This document shows positions 1 to 12,366 of a stretch of 64,000 bases of DNA, one piece after another. The DNA comes from Paramoeba atlantica. Its lineage: Eukaryota; Protista; Discosea. The notes below the pieces were generated by a model. The model made no database searches and had not been told where the DNA came from. It worked only from the letters and a program-made list of their open reading frames with translations. A program made the translations under genes and the position numbers. The first letter of the stretch is position 1. Each line of letters opens with the position of its first letter. Location: assembly GCA_977017575.1 (NCBI GenBank), contig CDRNVI010000019.1, positions 1 through 64,000 of the forward strand, written 5' to 3'.

Positions 1-3000
1 GGTTACTTGGCATTACTGTTCTGCTCACTATAACACCACCGGTATCCGAAACCTCATAGTGGAAACTACCTGACCCGGACAATGCCTCAATGGTAATTTC
101 AGCGTCGGGGGAAACGGAACAATCCAATAATTTTGTAAGTGAAACATCAGCTTCAAGAAACGGATGTACGGTAACCGCACTTGCATCGGTACAGCCATTA
201 CTGTCTCTAATGGAAACAGAGTAAATTCCGGGCGACACATTCGTGAATACCCCCCCGTTGTCATAGTAATTGGCCCCTCCATCTAGGGAGTAAAATATTT
301 GAGCCGCTCCACTAGTGGCAGTTATAGTAACTGTAGCAGGGTTACTACAATTGTCTATGCTCAAACCTGTAATGTTTGGATTGGGTGTCAAGGTCAAGGC
401 TACAGTGCCCAAAGGCGTTGAACACCCATACTGATCTTCAATGGTAACGTCGTAGTTCCCTGCAGGAGAATTTGCTGGAATCTCAACAGGATTGTCCGAA
501 GTAGAGGTAATGGTTACAAACGGCGCTGGTCCGGTTACGGTATAGGTGTAAGTTCCACCTCCACCTAGAGGGCTCTGGACCTGTATCAACCCGGGGTTGT
601 CACAGCTAATATTCTGTAGGACAACTGGGGTTCCTGTTAAGGGGTCCAATTCGTCCAGAAATTCGTTTTCAGTAGCACCAACACAGCTGTCAACACCACC
701 ATCAACTTCAACGACTTCAATGAAGTAGTTTCCAGATGCAAGGCTATTTACGGTTACATCCTGAGGAGAGGTGTAAGGCACATTTCCTCCGCTATTGGCA
801 ACAGCAACTGGGACACCGGTGCTCATATCATAAACCGTCCATCTGAACTCCGTTCCGAAGGGAGCCTGGTTGTCGGTAACTGTATAGGTAATACTTCCAT
901 TGCTTGCGCCATCACATGATGGTGTAATTGCAGAGGTAATTTCTAAAGGAATCGCTATTAAGTCGTTTACATTGACGCTACTTTCCCTAACACATCCCGC
1001 AAAATCCCTAACGTAGAAGGTGTATGTTCTACCTGGTACCAAGCCAACAAACGTGTGGGTGATGCCCAGAGCTAGTGGGGCAGTCCACGCTGCCGTGGCT
1101 GGGTTAAAGTTGGCCGGGTCATCCGAGTAGGCATATTCATAGGGTGCAGTACCGTTTTGTCCTCTTACAGTTACCTGAAGTTCGTTACAATTGACCACAA
1201 TGGGCAAAATGGTAATATCCAAGTCATCCAAAGGATAGGGAATGATAAATGGAGGGAAATCTGTTTGACACACCGTATTTCCAAAACCGTCCACAGTTCT
1301 CATGGATGGGTTTACAACATTACCAGAGGCATATCCTGTAAAGCGATCTGTAGTTCCGGGAATACTATTGTCTCCGGTCCATGTGGCACCACCATCTGCA
1401 CTAAATTCAATGGTTCCCAAAGTACCGGGATAAGCGGTAAATTCAAATCCGAAATCATTGGGATCTCCAGTACAAGTAGCAGGTGTAACTCCAAGAATGG
1501 TTGCTGTTAGTTCATCAGGGTTGGCAATGTTTATAGGGGTATCCGTTACGGCACAACCAGTCGCATCTATAACGTTGACTGTGTAGTTACCCGGCATTAA
1601 GTTGAAATAGGACCTGCTAGATACTAACACGTTAGTATCTGTTTGGTTGCCAGCCCCCCCATTATCTAAATCAACAATCTGAATGATATATGGACTGATA
1701 CCTGAAGTAATATCCACCTGAATTGAACCCAATCCATCATGACACAACGGGTCAGTTGGGGTATTGGTAATGGTCAACGGTGTGGCTGGATTAACAGTTA
1801 CAGTTTCCATAAACTCGCAGAAAGGCACAGTTGCTGAGTTGTCTCGAACGTAAACGTCGTAGTCTCCATCATTTCCAGCAGTAACCGTGAAGGTGCTTGT
1901 GGTTGAGAACAGGCCAGTTGGACTTGTTGTTGTTGGCACAAAAGCATATTCCAAGTTGGGTACTCCGCCAGATGCCGTTACCGCAATACTTCCGTCTGCG
2001 CAAGTACTGATGTCAACAACATCAACAGTAGCTACCAAAGCAGTGTTAATAGTTACGTTTTGCAAGGTTCCAGTACAGCCAAAACCGTCCCTAACATTAA
2101 TAGTGTAGTTTCCTGCGGCCAAGCCCGAAAAGGTATGTGTTGTGGAAGTGGCTGGTGAAGGAGTAATCCAAGGACCACCATCCAAACTAAACTGATAATC
2201 ACTATTTCCAGTAGTTACGTCCACTTGAATGGTTCCGTCGTTATTTCCACTGTAACAAGCTGTTGGAGTAGAAGTAAACACTATTGGAGTTGGGGGTGAC
2301 CACAGTAAGGGCCACATCAATAGGGTCTTCACATAAGTTAGTATCTCTTGCTCTAACAATATAATCTCCGGCAGTAAGTCCCGTAAAGGCATTTGAGTTT
2401 TGGTAGGCCGTTAATATTGTTCCAATGTTATCTTCCAACTGATATTCATAAGCTGGTGTTCCTCCTGTTGCTGTAGCCGTTATGGTGGCTCCGCCATTAG
2501 TACAGGTCAAAACATTGGTAATCGATGCTGATGTTACCACAACGGCGGGTTCCGATAAATTTTGATTGAGAGTAGTGGTACATGTATTGTCTAAAACATC
2601 TCGAATTTCAATGGAATGAGCACCAGCCGAAAGGGTATTTATGGTTACTGGGCTGGTCATAGAAACAGTAAATGGACCTATAGCACCAAGACGGTATTCA
2701 AAACCGTTTACAACATCAAAGTTGTCCACTTCAAAGGTAATGGACCCATCGGCACCAGCATTACAGCTGATATCTGAGAATGCTATGATATTAGCGCCAA
2801 GTGCATTGCCCGGCTCTACGGTAACTGTAGTTTGTGTAACACAATCACTGCCGTAATCCACGTCTATGGTATGTGTGCCAACAGTTACGTTACTAAAGAG
2901 GTTGCTTGCCTGAGCTGCCCCCCCATTTAGGCTGTATGTGTAGCTTGGGTCGTTTGGAAGCACCGTAATTTCTCCTGTTCCGTCACAATTATAAATGACG

Positions 3001-3650
3001 GTAGTGGTTAAAGTTGGTTCAACGGGCAGCGGAGCTATAATTACATCAAGAAGCGTAATAAAGCATCCAATTTCATTGGCATCCCTAACTTGAATGGTAT
3101 ACGTTCCGTCCGTTAACCCTGTGAATACAGTTCCTCCTGTTGTGGCTACAGTCCAAGGCCCACCATTAATATTGTATTGGTAATCTCCCGACCCACCTGT
3201 GGTTGGTGTTACACTTCCAACAGTAATTTCACCCAATTGTAAACAGGTATAACTTTGAGTCTGTTGGGCTTCAGCCACTAATTGATTTGGCTCAGTAACG
3301 GTTACTGTTCCTGTTGTTTCACAATTATTGGCATCCCTGATTCTTAGGTTATATGTTCCTTGGCTGAGGTTGATAAAGTTTCCGGATACCTGATAATTTG
3401 TGCCGTTGTCAATACTGAATTGATATGGAGCCTCTCCGCCTGAAGCCACCAAAGTGATGGTTCCATCGGACCCCCCAAAACAGCTTACAGGGGTAAAACT
3501 TGGGGTAATAACCAATGGAGCATCTTGTACAATAGTAATATCAAATGAAGCTTCACAGAAACCAGCCCCTCCATTATTATCCCGGATATACACATCATAA
3601 TCTCCGGCTCCGGTTGCGGTCACAGGGTTTGTGGCAGCAAAGTCTACGTG
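1..3650 (-). CDS. Bacterial (Flavobacteriaceae-like) SprB-repeat / T9SS large adhesin fragment, open at both ends, with a frameshift near 2290
   Basis: ORF 2241-3803 has repeated SprB/Ig-like units (VSCFGGSDGTITLVASGGEAPYQFSIDNG...Y.LRIRDANNC). Manual translation shows the reading continues in a shifted frame (TPTPIVFTSTPTACYSGNNDGTIQV...) toward position 1. One extra C in a C-run near 2290 explains the shift. The poly-K N-terminus in the ORF track is low-complexity junction sequence. Confidence 0.85.
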
Positions 3651-3985
3651 TGTTTTCTTCTTTTTCATTTTCTTCTGGTTTTTCTTCTTCTTCTTCTTTT
3701 TCTTCTTGTTTTTCTTCTTCTTCTTCTTCTTCTTTTTCTTCTTCTTGTTTTTCTTCTTTTTCTTTTTTTCCTTCTTCTTCTTGTTTTTCTTCTTCTTTTT
3801 CATTGTCTCTTCTTCTTCGTTTCTTACGCGTTGCTTTTGTATTCTTATGGGGAGAGGGTGAAGAGGAAGAAAAAAGCGAAAAAGGGAAAAAGAGAAAAAA
3901 AAGAAGACGAAGCCGAAGCGTTTCTTCCTTTTTCGGTCTTCGTAGGAGAAGAGGAAGCAGGAGATGAGGGGGAGGAGGAGGAGGC
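3650..3985. repeat. Low-complexity TTC/GAA tract at the junction between bacterial and eukaryotic sequence
   Basis: Degenerate (TTC)n/(TTTTTC)n directly visible; gives poly-K/poly-F/poly-E pseudo-ORFs. Confidence 0.9.
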
Positions 3986-3989
3986 ACGA

Positions 3990-4369
3990 GGAGAGAACGG
4001 TCGCCCTTGGAGGGCACGAAACAGAGACTCCGGGGTGACGTCGTACCCTTTGTGGGAGAGAAGAGACATTGGGGGTTGTGTTCCACAGGGGTGGGGGGGA
4101 GCGAAGAGGTTGTCGGTGAGAGACGGGTGGGCGTAGATGGTGCCAGGGTAGGGGTTGCGTGAGTTACAGGCGAGGGGGTCCGCGAGGAGGAGCAGGATGT
4201 GGGAGGACGGGACGCCTTGCTGGGTGAGGAGACGGTGGAAGGTGAGCGCGTTAGCGGTGTGTCTGTAGTTGAACCAAAACCGACTGCTGGAGAGGATAAT
4301 GGCCCAGGGCTCGTGCGCTGAGGTACAATGTAGGGTGAGACAACATAACAAGAGGACAGGAAGCATCAT
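3990..4369 (-). CDS. GPI8: GPI transamidase catalytic subunit GPI8/PIG-K (peptidase C13), N-terminal part only
   Basis: Signal peptide MMLPVLLLCC, then WAIILSSSRFWFNYRHTANAL, HILLLLADPLACNSRNPYPGTIY and YDVTPESLFRALQGR, all typical of GPI8. The sequence decays into low complexity before the catalytic His/Cys. ATG at 4369. Confidence 0.8.
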
Positions 4370-4624
4370 AAGGGTCTGCGTGGGAACTCGAAAAACGCAA
4401 CATGTACGAAATTGAACGACACAAATGAAAGGGGGTGGCACAAAAACGTAGAAAGAATGGAAAGGTACAAACTTTATATTGTACTTATTGTGCACTGAAT
4501 AGCTCGAAGATTCTTTGGGACACACCCTGAGACTAACTCAAAAAAACACATTTTCTACAGTTGGGACAAAACACGAATTTTCAACTATGATAGCAATCTA
4601 GAAGGGGAAGGACAAACTGCATGT

Positions 4625-6665
4625 TTAAGTACCTACTCGTTCGAAGTAATACACGTAGGCCGATTCGAAGGGAGGAGCCACGCATTTTCTTACCTTGCTA
4701 TCGTCATATGAAAACCATCCTTGCCCGGGAAGCAGTAAATAGGCCACATAATGTCCACACTCAGCATTTGGCCCCAAATGGGTAATCATTCCACGTAGAA
4801 TGTATCCGAATAAGGGAGTGGTACCTTCGCTTTTGTCGTTAGAGCGCGGTCCATCACTGGGCAAACCCGTAGGTGTGTAGGGAGCTCCAAGAAAGCGCAG
4901 GTATAAGCGCCAGCGACGCTTCCAGGTTGCCTCCCACTCGCTTGAGCGCCTCCTCTGCCAAGTCCTGTGGCACATCCAAGGAAATAAGTTGAGCCAAAGT
5001 CACTTCGGGAAGCGAATTCTCTTGCATAGTATCGCGCGACTCATGGCTAGTACACATTTTTGAAGGATCAGCGTTTTTGAAATCTGAGTATTGCACCGAA
5101 GAAAAATTCAGCACCTCTGAGTTCAACCCTTTAACAGCGACGCCCACCTTCTTTACTTCTTGTTTATCTTGATCCCAGTAGAATCTTTGTAGGCTTACAA
5201 ACAGAATAGGAGGAAAACGCAACACGGAATTCGATAGAGTATGAGAAGTACCCTTGCACTCAGCGCATGTGCGGTATTGTGTGTAAGGCCTTGCAAACTC
5301 TTTAAGACAATCCTGAAATGAGATTTGAGGAAAGAAATTTGAATGATTCCAGTTTTTATGTTTCGGCACGCTGGGTAGTGGAACCGACATTGTGAAGTGT
5401 CGCTCGATGTTATATTCTAATTTATGGCATCCGTCGCACTTACGACGTTCCAGCACATAAATTGCATGGCTTGAATTTAAGTCCAATCCACTTTGATAAG
5501 ATTCGTAGGATAATTTCTCCAAAAAGAATTGTATGAACTCATCCACATCGTTTTGAACAGGGGCCTCAAACCTTGTTCCCTTCAACCATGGGATCTTGAA
5601 ATGATGAACGTGTAAAGGAGAATCTGCTGACGCGCAACTGCTCAGTAAACTATTGGCTACTTTTATTAACTGGCATGTGGGACAGTGAAGCTCACCATTC
5701 GGATGAGAAAGCATAATATGTCTCAGGCATGATTCCGTAGAGTAGGCGTTGCCAACGAACTTTGAAGCAAAGAACATGTGCAAGGCGCATGCTATGTAAC
5801 ACGTATTGCCAGTGTTTTTGAAACCTACTAGATGTCTGCCTACCACAGGATGTTCTTCGTCTCTCGCCTCTTCAATACTAGTTTCTTTAAAGGTCTTCGT
5901 TGCGTGACTAGCCTCAATTTCCCGTGTTGTGTTCTCAGTTTTCTTTTGACTTTCCATATTGATGCCATAGTTTCCAACGTGACTTTGTAAAGAATAATCT
6001 ACGATCGCATCATCGCAAGCATAGCACCATACATCCGCAGTTCCATCGGCCCGGATAGTGCCCAACTTTACTGCGATCGGATGATTGGTGAGCTGATAAT
6101 GTGCGCGCGCATGACCGCGCCCGCCAGTATCTCTTCTTCCGCATGCAACGTTTCCGCAAGTGAGGCATAACCAGAGGTTTTTGAATGCTGAACACAAACT
6201 ACACCTTTCCAAGGGTTTTGCTGATTTATTGGTTTGTGTGAGATCCATTTGGTGAAAACAATCAAATTTTATGGGTGCTTCTGGTATGTAGCATTCTGAG
6301 TCAGGAGGGTGAATTTGCTCCAACTTGCCTAAAATGTGGTTCATGGTTTCGTTTTTCAGGATATTTTTCCATCGGATGTCACAAAAATTACAAACCAAGG
6401 TTCCTTGGATAACATCAAATTTATTTTGCAGTGGATCTGATGTAACGCTAGCGCTAAGAAAGCAGAAGTGATCTGGAGAACGCTTCCCGTGTGCTGCAAT
6501 ATGTGAAGAACAGTATGCACTAAAGCAAGTTAAGCAAATGTGAATTGTTACTTTTGAAAGACCCAAAAAACAATACGAACATTCATTGGTCAATTTTTCG
6601 AAGGAGGAGCAAGTTTTGGCGCACAAGGAAATGCACAGATGAGAGCATATATTTTCTTCCAACAT
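4625..6665 (-). CDS. UBP14: Ubiquitin C-terminal hydrolase, USP5/13/UBP14 family, frameshifted near 4900
   Basis: Two ZnF-UBP domains (CLTCGNVACGRRDTGGRGHARAHY...DVWCYACDD), Cys box GFKNTGNTCY, a UBA-like segment, and the His box HLGPNAECGHYV...WFSYDDSKV in the overlapping ORF 4625-4975. Confidence 0.85.
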
Positions 6666-6689
6666 TGCCAGAAAACTACAATTCTACAT

Positions 6690-6957
6690 TTAAAGACATG
6701 AAATAAATTTCATATAAATGGATTGACACTCTGACATACAGTGTCGGACAACGATATGTACCCTCTCTGCAGGTCTTGTATTTTGGCCGATTTTGGAAAT
6801 ATTTTTTAATATTACAGTGAAATATTCAAATACGGCTGCCATTCGACTCGAAAGGCAGATCTTACTTTCATAAGTAAAAAGCACACGTCTCCAGTCGGCG
6901 TGCGTCCAATGCTCGTACTTCTTTGCAAAAGCAAGACGTAGAGCTTTGTATCGCCTC
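6690..6957 (-). pseudogene. Tc1/mariner transposase fragment
   Basis: LRLAFAKKYEHWTHADWRRVLFTYESKICL matches the Tc1 RLxFAxxxxxWTxxDWxxVLFTDESK segment; truncated. Confidence 0.75.
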
Positions 6958-9337
6958 ATGTATCAGCACCGTCAGTTTACTCGCGTTACTGCGATTGTGG
7001 ACGGCACGCCAATATACATGTATACAGGGGGGGCCACGAAAACTGACTAGCTTCGCATTTTAGCCTCGTGAGGCCGTTTGAGCTAATTTTTGTTGCAAAC
7101 GAGAGATCTCGTTCTGAATATCGTGTCTACGCTATTTAGAATACAAAAACTGATGAAAGCAAGCCTTTCCCATGGGTCGAAAAACTGAAATTTTTGAGAT
7201 TTTGCAAATTGAAAAAAGAGGGCAAAATAGTAATTTTTGGCCTTTCGCGGTAGAAACTAAGTCTTAATATCCAGTATTCCCACCTCCACGCTCACGTAGA
7301 GTAGCCAGGCGTGTGGGAAGACTCTGTAACGTGTTCACATACGCCTCGTGACACTCTGCCAACAAGTAGCCCTTCGCCTTAGGAATAGCAGCTTGCGATT
7401 TCCGTTCGATTTTCGGACGAAGATGGGTGTGGATGTACTTATCCATCATACTCCACAAATTCTCAATCAAATTGAGATCAGGAGATTTCGAAGGCCAGTC
7501 AATAATTTTTAATTCCTTCCAGCTTACCTATTCTCCGGGCTGCCCCGTGCCCTGGCGCATTGTCAAGGACAACAGCAGCCCCGGCCGCCGATGCATCCAG
7601 TTAAAAAACCCATTTCGCTTCTTCATTGTTCTCAGAAAAACTTCGTTTGTTACGGTTTCATTCTGGGAAAACTCGTGGAAACACGCATCGGGTACTTCCC
7701 AACGCAGACTGGTTGCCATGAATACATGCACTCCCTTCCCCCCGTACCACCTATCCATTTCTACTGGTGTTTCCTTGGGGGGGGGTCAGTGATTTTTGCA
7801 AGATATGTGATTTTTTTCCATGTGAACCACATCGGAAAATCTTCTCGTCACACCATACCACACGGGACAGCTGATCTGGACTCCATCCATCGAAGTAATC
7901 AGCAAATTGTAATCGGGCAGCCTTGTGCTCAGCAGTTAAGAAAGGTTTGTGTGACATAGTCTTAATGACGTATCCCATCCTTTTCAAACTCCGTTTTACG
8001 ATGTTCAGACTACAAGGATAAAGTGTCTTGTCCACTCTCTTGTGTACCCATTTAAACCCCGGACACCCGAATGGCGTGTCTTTCTCATCATCAACAAGGG
8101 TACAGAGCATAGCACGGAATTCCTCCGTATCAACGGCATTATCGCGCGAGTAGCTCGCACGTGCCACGTCACCTGACTCATCAAAACGTGCCTTGTACCG
8201 ATAGACAGAGCTCTCAGAACAGTTCATCATTCGTGCCGTGTCTTCAATACTTGTACCACGATGTCTTTCGTGTGCGCAAACAATGCGTATGGAATACGAA
8301 GACTTCTCTGGGGACAATTGGCGACGGTTTAATCTATGCCGCTTGCCCATAGTGAAGAAAAAAGAAGAGAAAACCAACTTTTTTACTATTTTTTATGCTT
8401 TTTGCAAAATAAATCGTCTTAAATTTCAGTATTTTCGAAATGCAAAATATCAGGTTTATACAAACGAGTTCTAAATAGCGTAGACACGATATTCAGAACG
8501 AGATCTCTCGTTTGCAATAAAAATTAGCTCAAACGGCCTCACGAGGCTAAAATGCGAAGCTAGTCAGTTTTCGTGGCCCCCCCTGTATACATGTATGTAA
8601 TATACATGTATGTACGAGGAGATAAGGACACTTACAGTGGGAAACATCATGCAAAAATCCTTCAAATGCAGTTGTATCTCAATGTGGCAGGACAACCAAA
8701 ATGGTGCCAAGGTCCGTCTATTGGCGCACAGCATGATTCTAAGAGTTTTGTTCCATCATTACTCCCAAGCCATGCGTGGGTCACTAAAGAACCAATGCCA
8801 CACAGCGATCACGATTTGATTGCCGCAGATATAGCGTATATCGCTAATTCACACACGTTATTCCTGTACAAACGTGCGCACAAACAACCAGCGCTCCCCA
8901 CCCAGGAAGCAAAGTTTAATCAATATTTCGCGTGCCTGCGCGGAACTGTGGAGCGCTTCAACGCGTACATTGATAGGCATCGGTTTATGCACTTTTGTGC
9001 GCGAACTCATGCCGTAGTCGCGAAACTATTTAGACTTATGTGGAATGCTGAGTGTCTTCTCTTCGCCATTGAGGAAAAAATATTGGTGGACCCTGGGACC
9101 GTACAATTCTGGTCCAACGATGACAGAAATCGAGCCTTTGTTCGGCCCATGGGTCGCACATGTAATTGCCGCTTTGAGGTCCCTTCCCGAACTGACAAAG
9201 AAAATCGTGAAAATATTCGAATGCAATACATGGAAGCCCTGGCAGAGTTCCCTTTTCTTAAAACGAAGAGATCAAAGAAAGGATCAATAAACGTTATTGC
9301 GGTGGTTGTAAACTACCGCTCTACACTCGATTATTGA
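6958..9337 (+). pseudogene. PIF/Harbinger (IS5-like, DDE_Tnp_4) transposase split by a Tc1 insertion at 7025-8585
   Basis: 6958-7020 encodes MYQHRQFTRVTAIVDGTPIYM. After the insertion the frame resumes YVRGDKDTYSGKHH...GAQHDSK...IAADIAY...FNQYFACLRGTVERFN, giving the DGT / HD / ADxAY / R..VE motif series. Confidence 0.7.
7025..8585 (-). mobile_element. Full-length Tc1/mariner DNA transposon, ~117-bp TIRs, TA target duplication, frameshifted transposase
   Basis: Left end TA|CAGGGGGGGCCACGAAAACTGACTAG...GCTATTTAGAA and its reverse complement at ~8469-8585 followed by TA, with one mismatch seen. The transposase is in pieces (ORFs 7751-8377, 7528-7758, 7264-7470): HTH, VVWCDEKIF, VLDNAPGH (alternative frame), WPSKSPDLNLIENLW. 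Confidence 0.9.
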
Positions 9338-9485
9338 AAAAAAAGTGAACAAAAACAGTGAAAATATAAAGGGGAACACAGTAATATAATAGAAGAAAAA
9401 AATATAAAAGGGGGCTCCGGTGGACCAAAACTGAAAAAAAAAATTGAAAAAAATGGGGGGTCCATGGGGGGGTCCAGGGGGGCCC
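9296..9485 (+). repeat. Dispersed module B (short GCGGTGGTTGT hairpin, A-rich body, G-tract end)
   Basis: Near-identical copies at 15712-15915 (+), 47330-47497 (-), and a partial copy at 45335-45422. Confidence 0.85.
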
Positions 9486-9489
9486 ACTC

Positions 9490-9765
9490 GCACATTGATA
9501 ATGCATAGTTACTGCACATTGATAATGCATAACGTGCCGCACATTGATAATGCATATAGCACATTGATAATGCATATAGCACATTGATAATGCATATAGC
9601 ACATTGATAGTGCATACTAAGCGGCACATTGATATTGCATAGTTACTGCACATTGATAATGCATATAGCACATTGATAATGCATATAGCACATTGATATT
9701 GCATACAGCACATTGATAATGCATACAGCACATTGATAATGCATACAGCACATTGATGATGCATT
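9490..9765. repeat. 20-bp minisatellite S1 (GCACATTGATAATGCATATA)n
   Basis: About 14 visible units. Confidence 0.95.
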
Positions 9766-9811
9766 ATTTGGAAATTAAAGGTGTTTTCAAGAAATAGTGA
9801 ACACTCGTCTC

Positions 9812-10275
9812 TGCTCCCGGTGAGGCCCCGGAGTTGCGAGAGGCCTCCATACCCCACAACTACCACCTTCCCCCCCTATTTAGCGGGGGTCGCGCGAGCG
9901 ACCCCTGATAAATGGGGGGAAGGTGGTAGTTGTTTTGGGGGAAATGAGAGGCCGAACGCACGGAGGGGCCGGCCGGGCCACTGATTCACGTGAAAGTGTG
10001 ACACCCAAAAACTAAACCTAGATCTTGTTTACCCGTCTGCACAACAGAACCGTAAATGGCACGTAAAGATGGTTGGCCGAGGTACCCAATAAATTCACCT
10101 TTGCTCCCGGTGAGGCCCCGGAGTTGCGAGAGGCCTCCATACCCCACAACTACCACCTTCCCCCCCTATTTAGCGGGGGTCGCGCGAGCGACCCCTGATA
10201 AATGGGGGGAAGGTGGTAGTTGTTTTGGGGAATATGAGAGGCCGAACGCACGGAGGGGCCGGCCGGGCCAATGAA
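9812..10275. repeat. Two direct copies (290-bp period) of hairpin module C
   Basis: CAACTACCACCTTCCCCCC..ATTTA-GGGGTCGC-GCGA-GCGACCCC-TAAAT-GGGGGGAAGGTGGTAGTTG at 9842-9953 and ~10132-10243. Reverse copy at ~50135-50325; half copies at 12460-12530, 16640-16735 and 49975-50065. Confidence 0.85.
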
Positions 10276-10360
10276 CCCAGACACCACACCCAACCCCTAG
10301 CAAAGCCTAGACCTTGTTTACCCGTTTGCAAGACAAGAATGTGTGTCGTTAGTGGGAAGC

Positions 10361-10775
10361 AATATGCATTATCAATGTGCTATATGCAATATCAATGTGC
10401 TATATGCATTATCAATGTGCTATATGCATTATCAATGTGCTATATGCATTATCAATGTGCTATATGCATTATCAATGTGCTATATGCATTATCAATGTGC
10501 TATATGCAATATCAATGTGCTATATGCATTATCAATGTGCTATATGCATTATCAATGTGCCGCTTAATATGCATTATCAATGTGCCGCTTAGTATGCATT
10601 ATCAATGTGCTATATGCATTATCAATGTGCTATATGCATTATCAATGTGCTATATGCATTATCAATGTGCTATATGCATTATCAATGTGCTATATGCAAT
10701 ATCAATGTGCTATATGCATTATCAATGTGCTATATGCATTATCAATGTGCCGCTTAGTATGCATTATCAATGTGC
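10361..10775. repeat. 20-bp minisatellite S1, opposite orientation to 9490-9765
   Basis: (TATATGCATTATCAATGTGC)n, about 20 units. Confidence 0.95.
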
Positions 10776-10784
10776 GGGCGCCGG

Positions 10785-11513
10785 GGGGTCCAGGGGGGGG
10801 GGTCCAGGGGGGGGGCATGGTCGAGCAAATTTTTTCGAAAAAATTAGTTTTCGAAAAAAAACCGCAGAAAGGGTAGCCGGGGTCTTGGCGCGCATTTTCC
10901 ACCCCCCTACCCGGGGGTGACCTCCCCACGTATCCGCAGGACGGGTCCGCCAAGTTCGGATTTTTTCGGAAAAAAATTTTTAAAAAAAATTTCAACTTGG
11001 CGAAAAAAATGACAAAAAAAATATTTTTCCAAAATCGTTTCCCCTATTGTATTTTGATAGTTTGGGATCTACACTAGCTTTCTCCGCAGTTGCTTTCGCA
11101 AGGTATCACTTCTTCGAACCGTGGTGCGCCCCTCAAAATGACCCATGTTTGACTAAAAAAGGTGAAAAAGTATTTTTCGGACCTAAAGGGGCATTTTTGT
11201 GTCGAAAGAATGGTATGGTTGGAGTCGTATTCTCTACCCAATACGTTCGGTAGGCTTTCAATCATGCCTACGAGTGATTTCCCATGCGCAAATGTCGGAT
11301 TTAGTGCTCTGAGAGCAAAAATATGCGAAAATGACCCTATTTGTACCCGAAATTCGGCTATTTTTGGCTATAATCTTTCCGTTTTCCAGGCCAAATTTTC
11401 TTTTTTAGGCTCTTCGTTAAACGCGGCGGTAGTTTTCAACGCGAAGAGCGCAGCATGAGTGACTTCTAAGTTGAAAACAACCACCGCGTTTAACGAAGAG
11501 CCTAAAAAAGAAA
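10785..11513 (+). repeat. Dispersed module A (~730 bp) ending in a ~115-bp palindrome
   Basis: Copies at 15885-16614, 17022-17633 (diverged), 46623-47340 (reverse) and 47870-48335 (rearranged). Confidence 0.85.
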
Positions 11514-12286
11514 TAAAGAAAGAAGCAGAAAGTACACTAGAAGAAGTTAAGTAGGAGAAAGTACTGTAAAGTGGTTAAGAAGGAAAGTTAAGAAAGTAAT
11601 GGAAGTTAATACAATAATATGGCTACCTGAAGTATTGTTTCCATTTATTCTAGTGACTCATACTGAATCATTTTTTATCATTCTTACATTAAGTCTTCGG
11701 GTTTACTATTTTTACACCCCGCTTACACCCTTCCTATGCCTGACGTCGCCGTTCAAACTTCAGGCTTTCAGGATCAAGGTTCTGAAAAAGTGAGCGTCCT
11801 GGAGGGACGTAGCGAAGTGGAAAGCTGCAATAGACAAACCTCTAAAGCAGTATCGAAAGCCGACTCGTGCTTGCACAAGGCGATCCCAGTGCTATTGACC
11901 GCGTGGTAAATCGTTGTTTGAGTGCCGTAGCATTCTACGACGACTACGTTGTATGCGGGGTGACGCTTCGCGAGAAAAGGGTTGCAAAGTTAATCAAAGA
12001 ACATTTTTTTTAGCACAAATTACATGCTGGATGTCATGGACAAGGAACAGAGGTTTTGCGCCGCGAAGCTGCGCGGATTTATTTTCCTACATGGGACTTT
12101 TTTTCTCCGCCAGTGCTCATTAACAGCAGATTATTGCCCATTTTTGCCATATTCTGCCGATCACCACAGACGCGTGGCCCCCCCTCTATATATACGGACA
12201 AGTTGGGTTCTAAATCTGTCACTATGCACTAATTTTACATACAATTAGGACTTTTCATATAGAGGGTAGGTCCGCCAAAATAGCGA

Positions 12287-12366
12287 ATTATTCCTTTACT
12301 TATGCATTATCCCTTTACTTATGCATTATTCCTTTACTTATGCAATATTCCTCTACTTATGCATTG
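12287..12366. repeat. 19-bp minisatellite S2, reverse orientation
   Basis: (ATTATTCCTTTACTTATGC)n, about 4 units. Confidence 0.85.

Noticed and set aside
3545-4136. Poly-K/F/L/E ORFs
   Set aside because: Translations of the low-complexity TTC/GAA tract.
9490-10775. CRISPR-like array
   Set aside because: Units are head-to-tail 20-mers with no unique spacers, and there are no cas genes; these are minisatellites.
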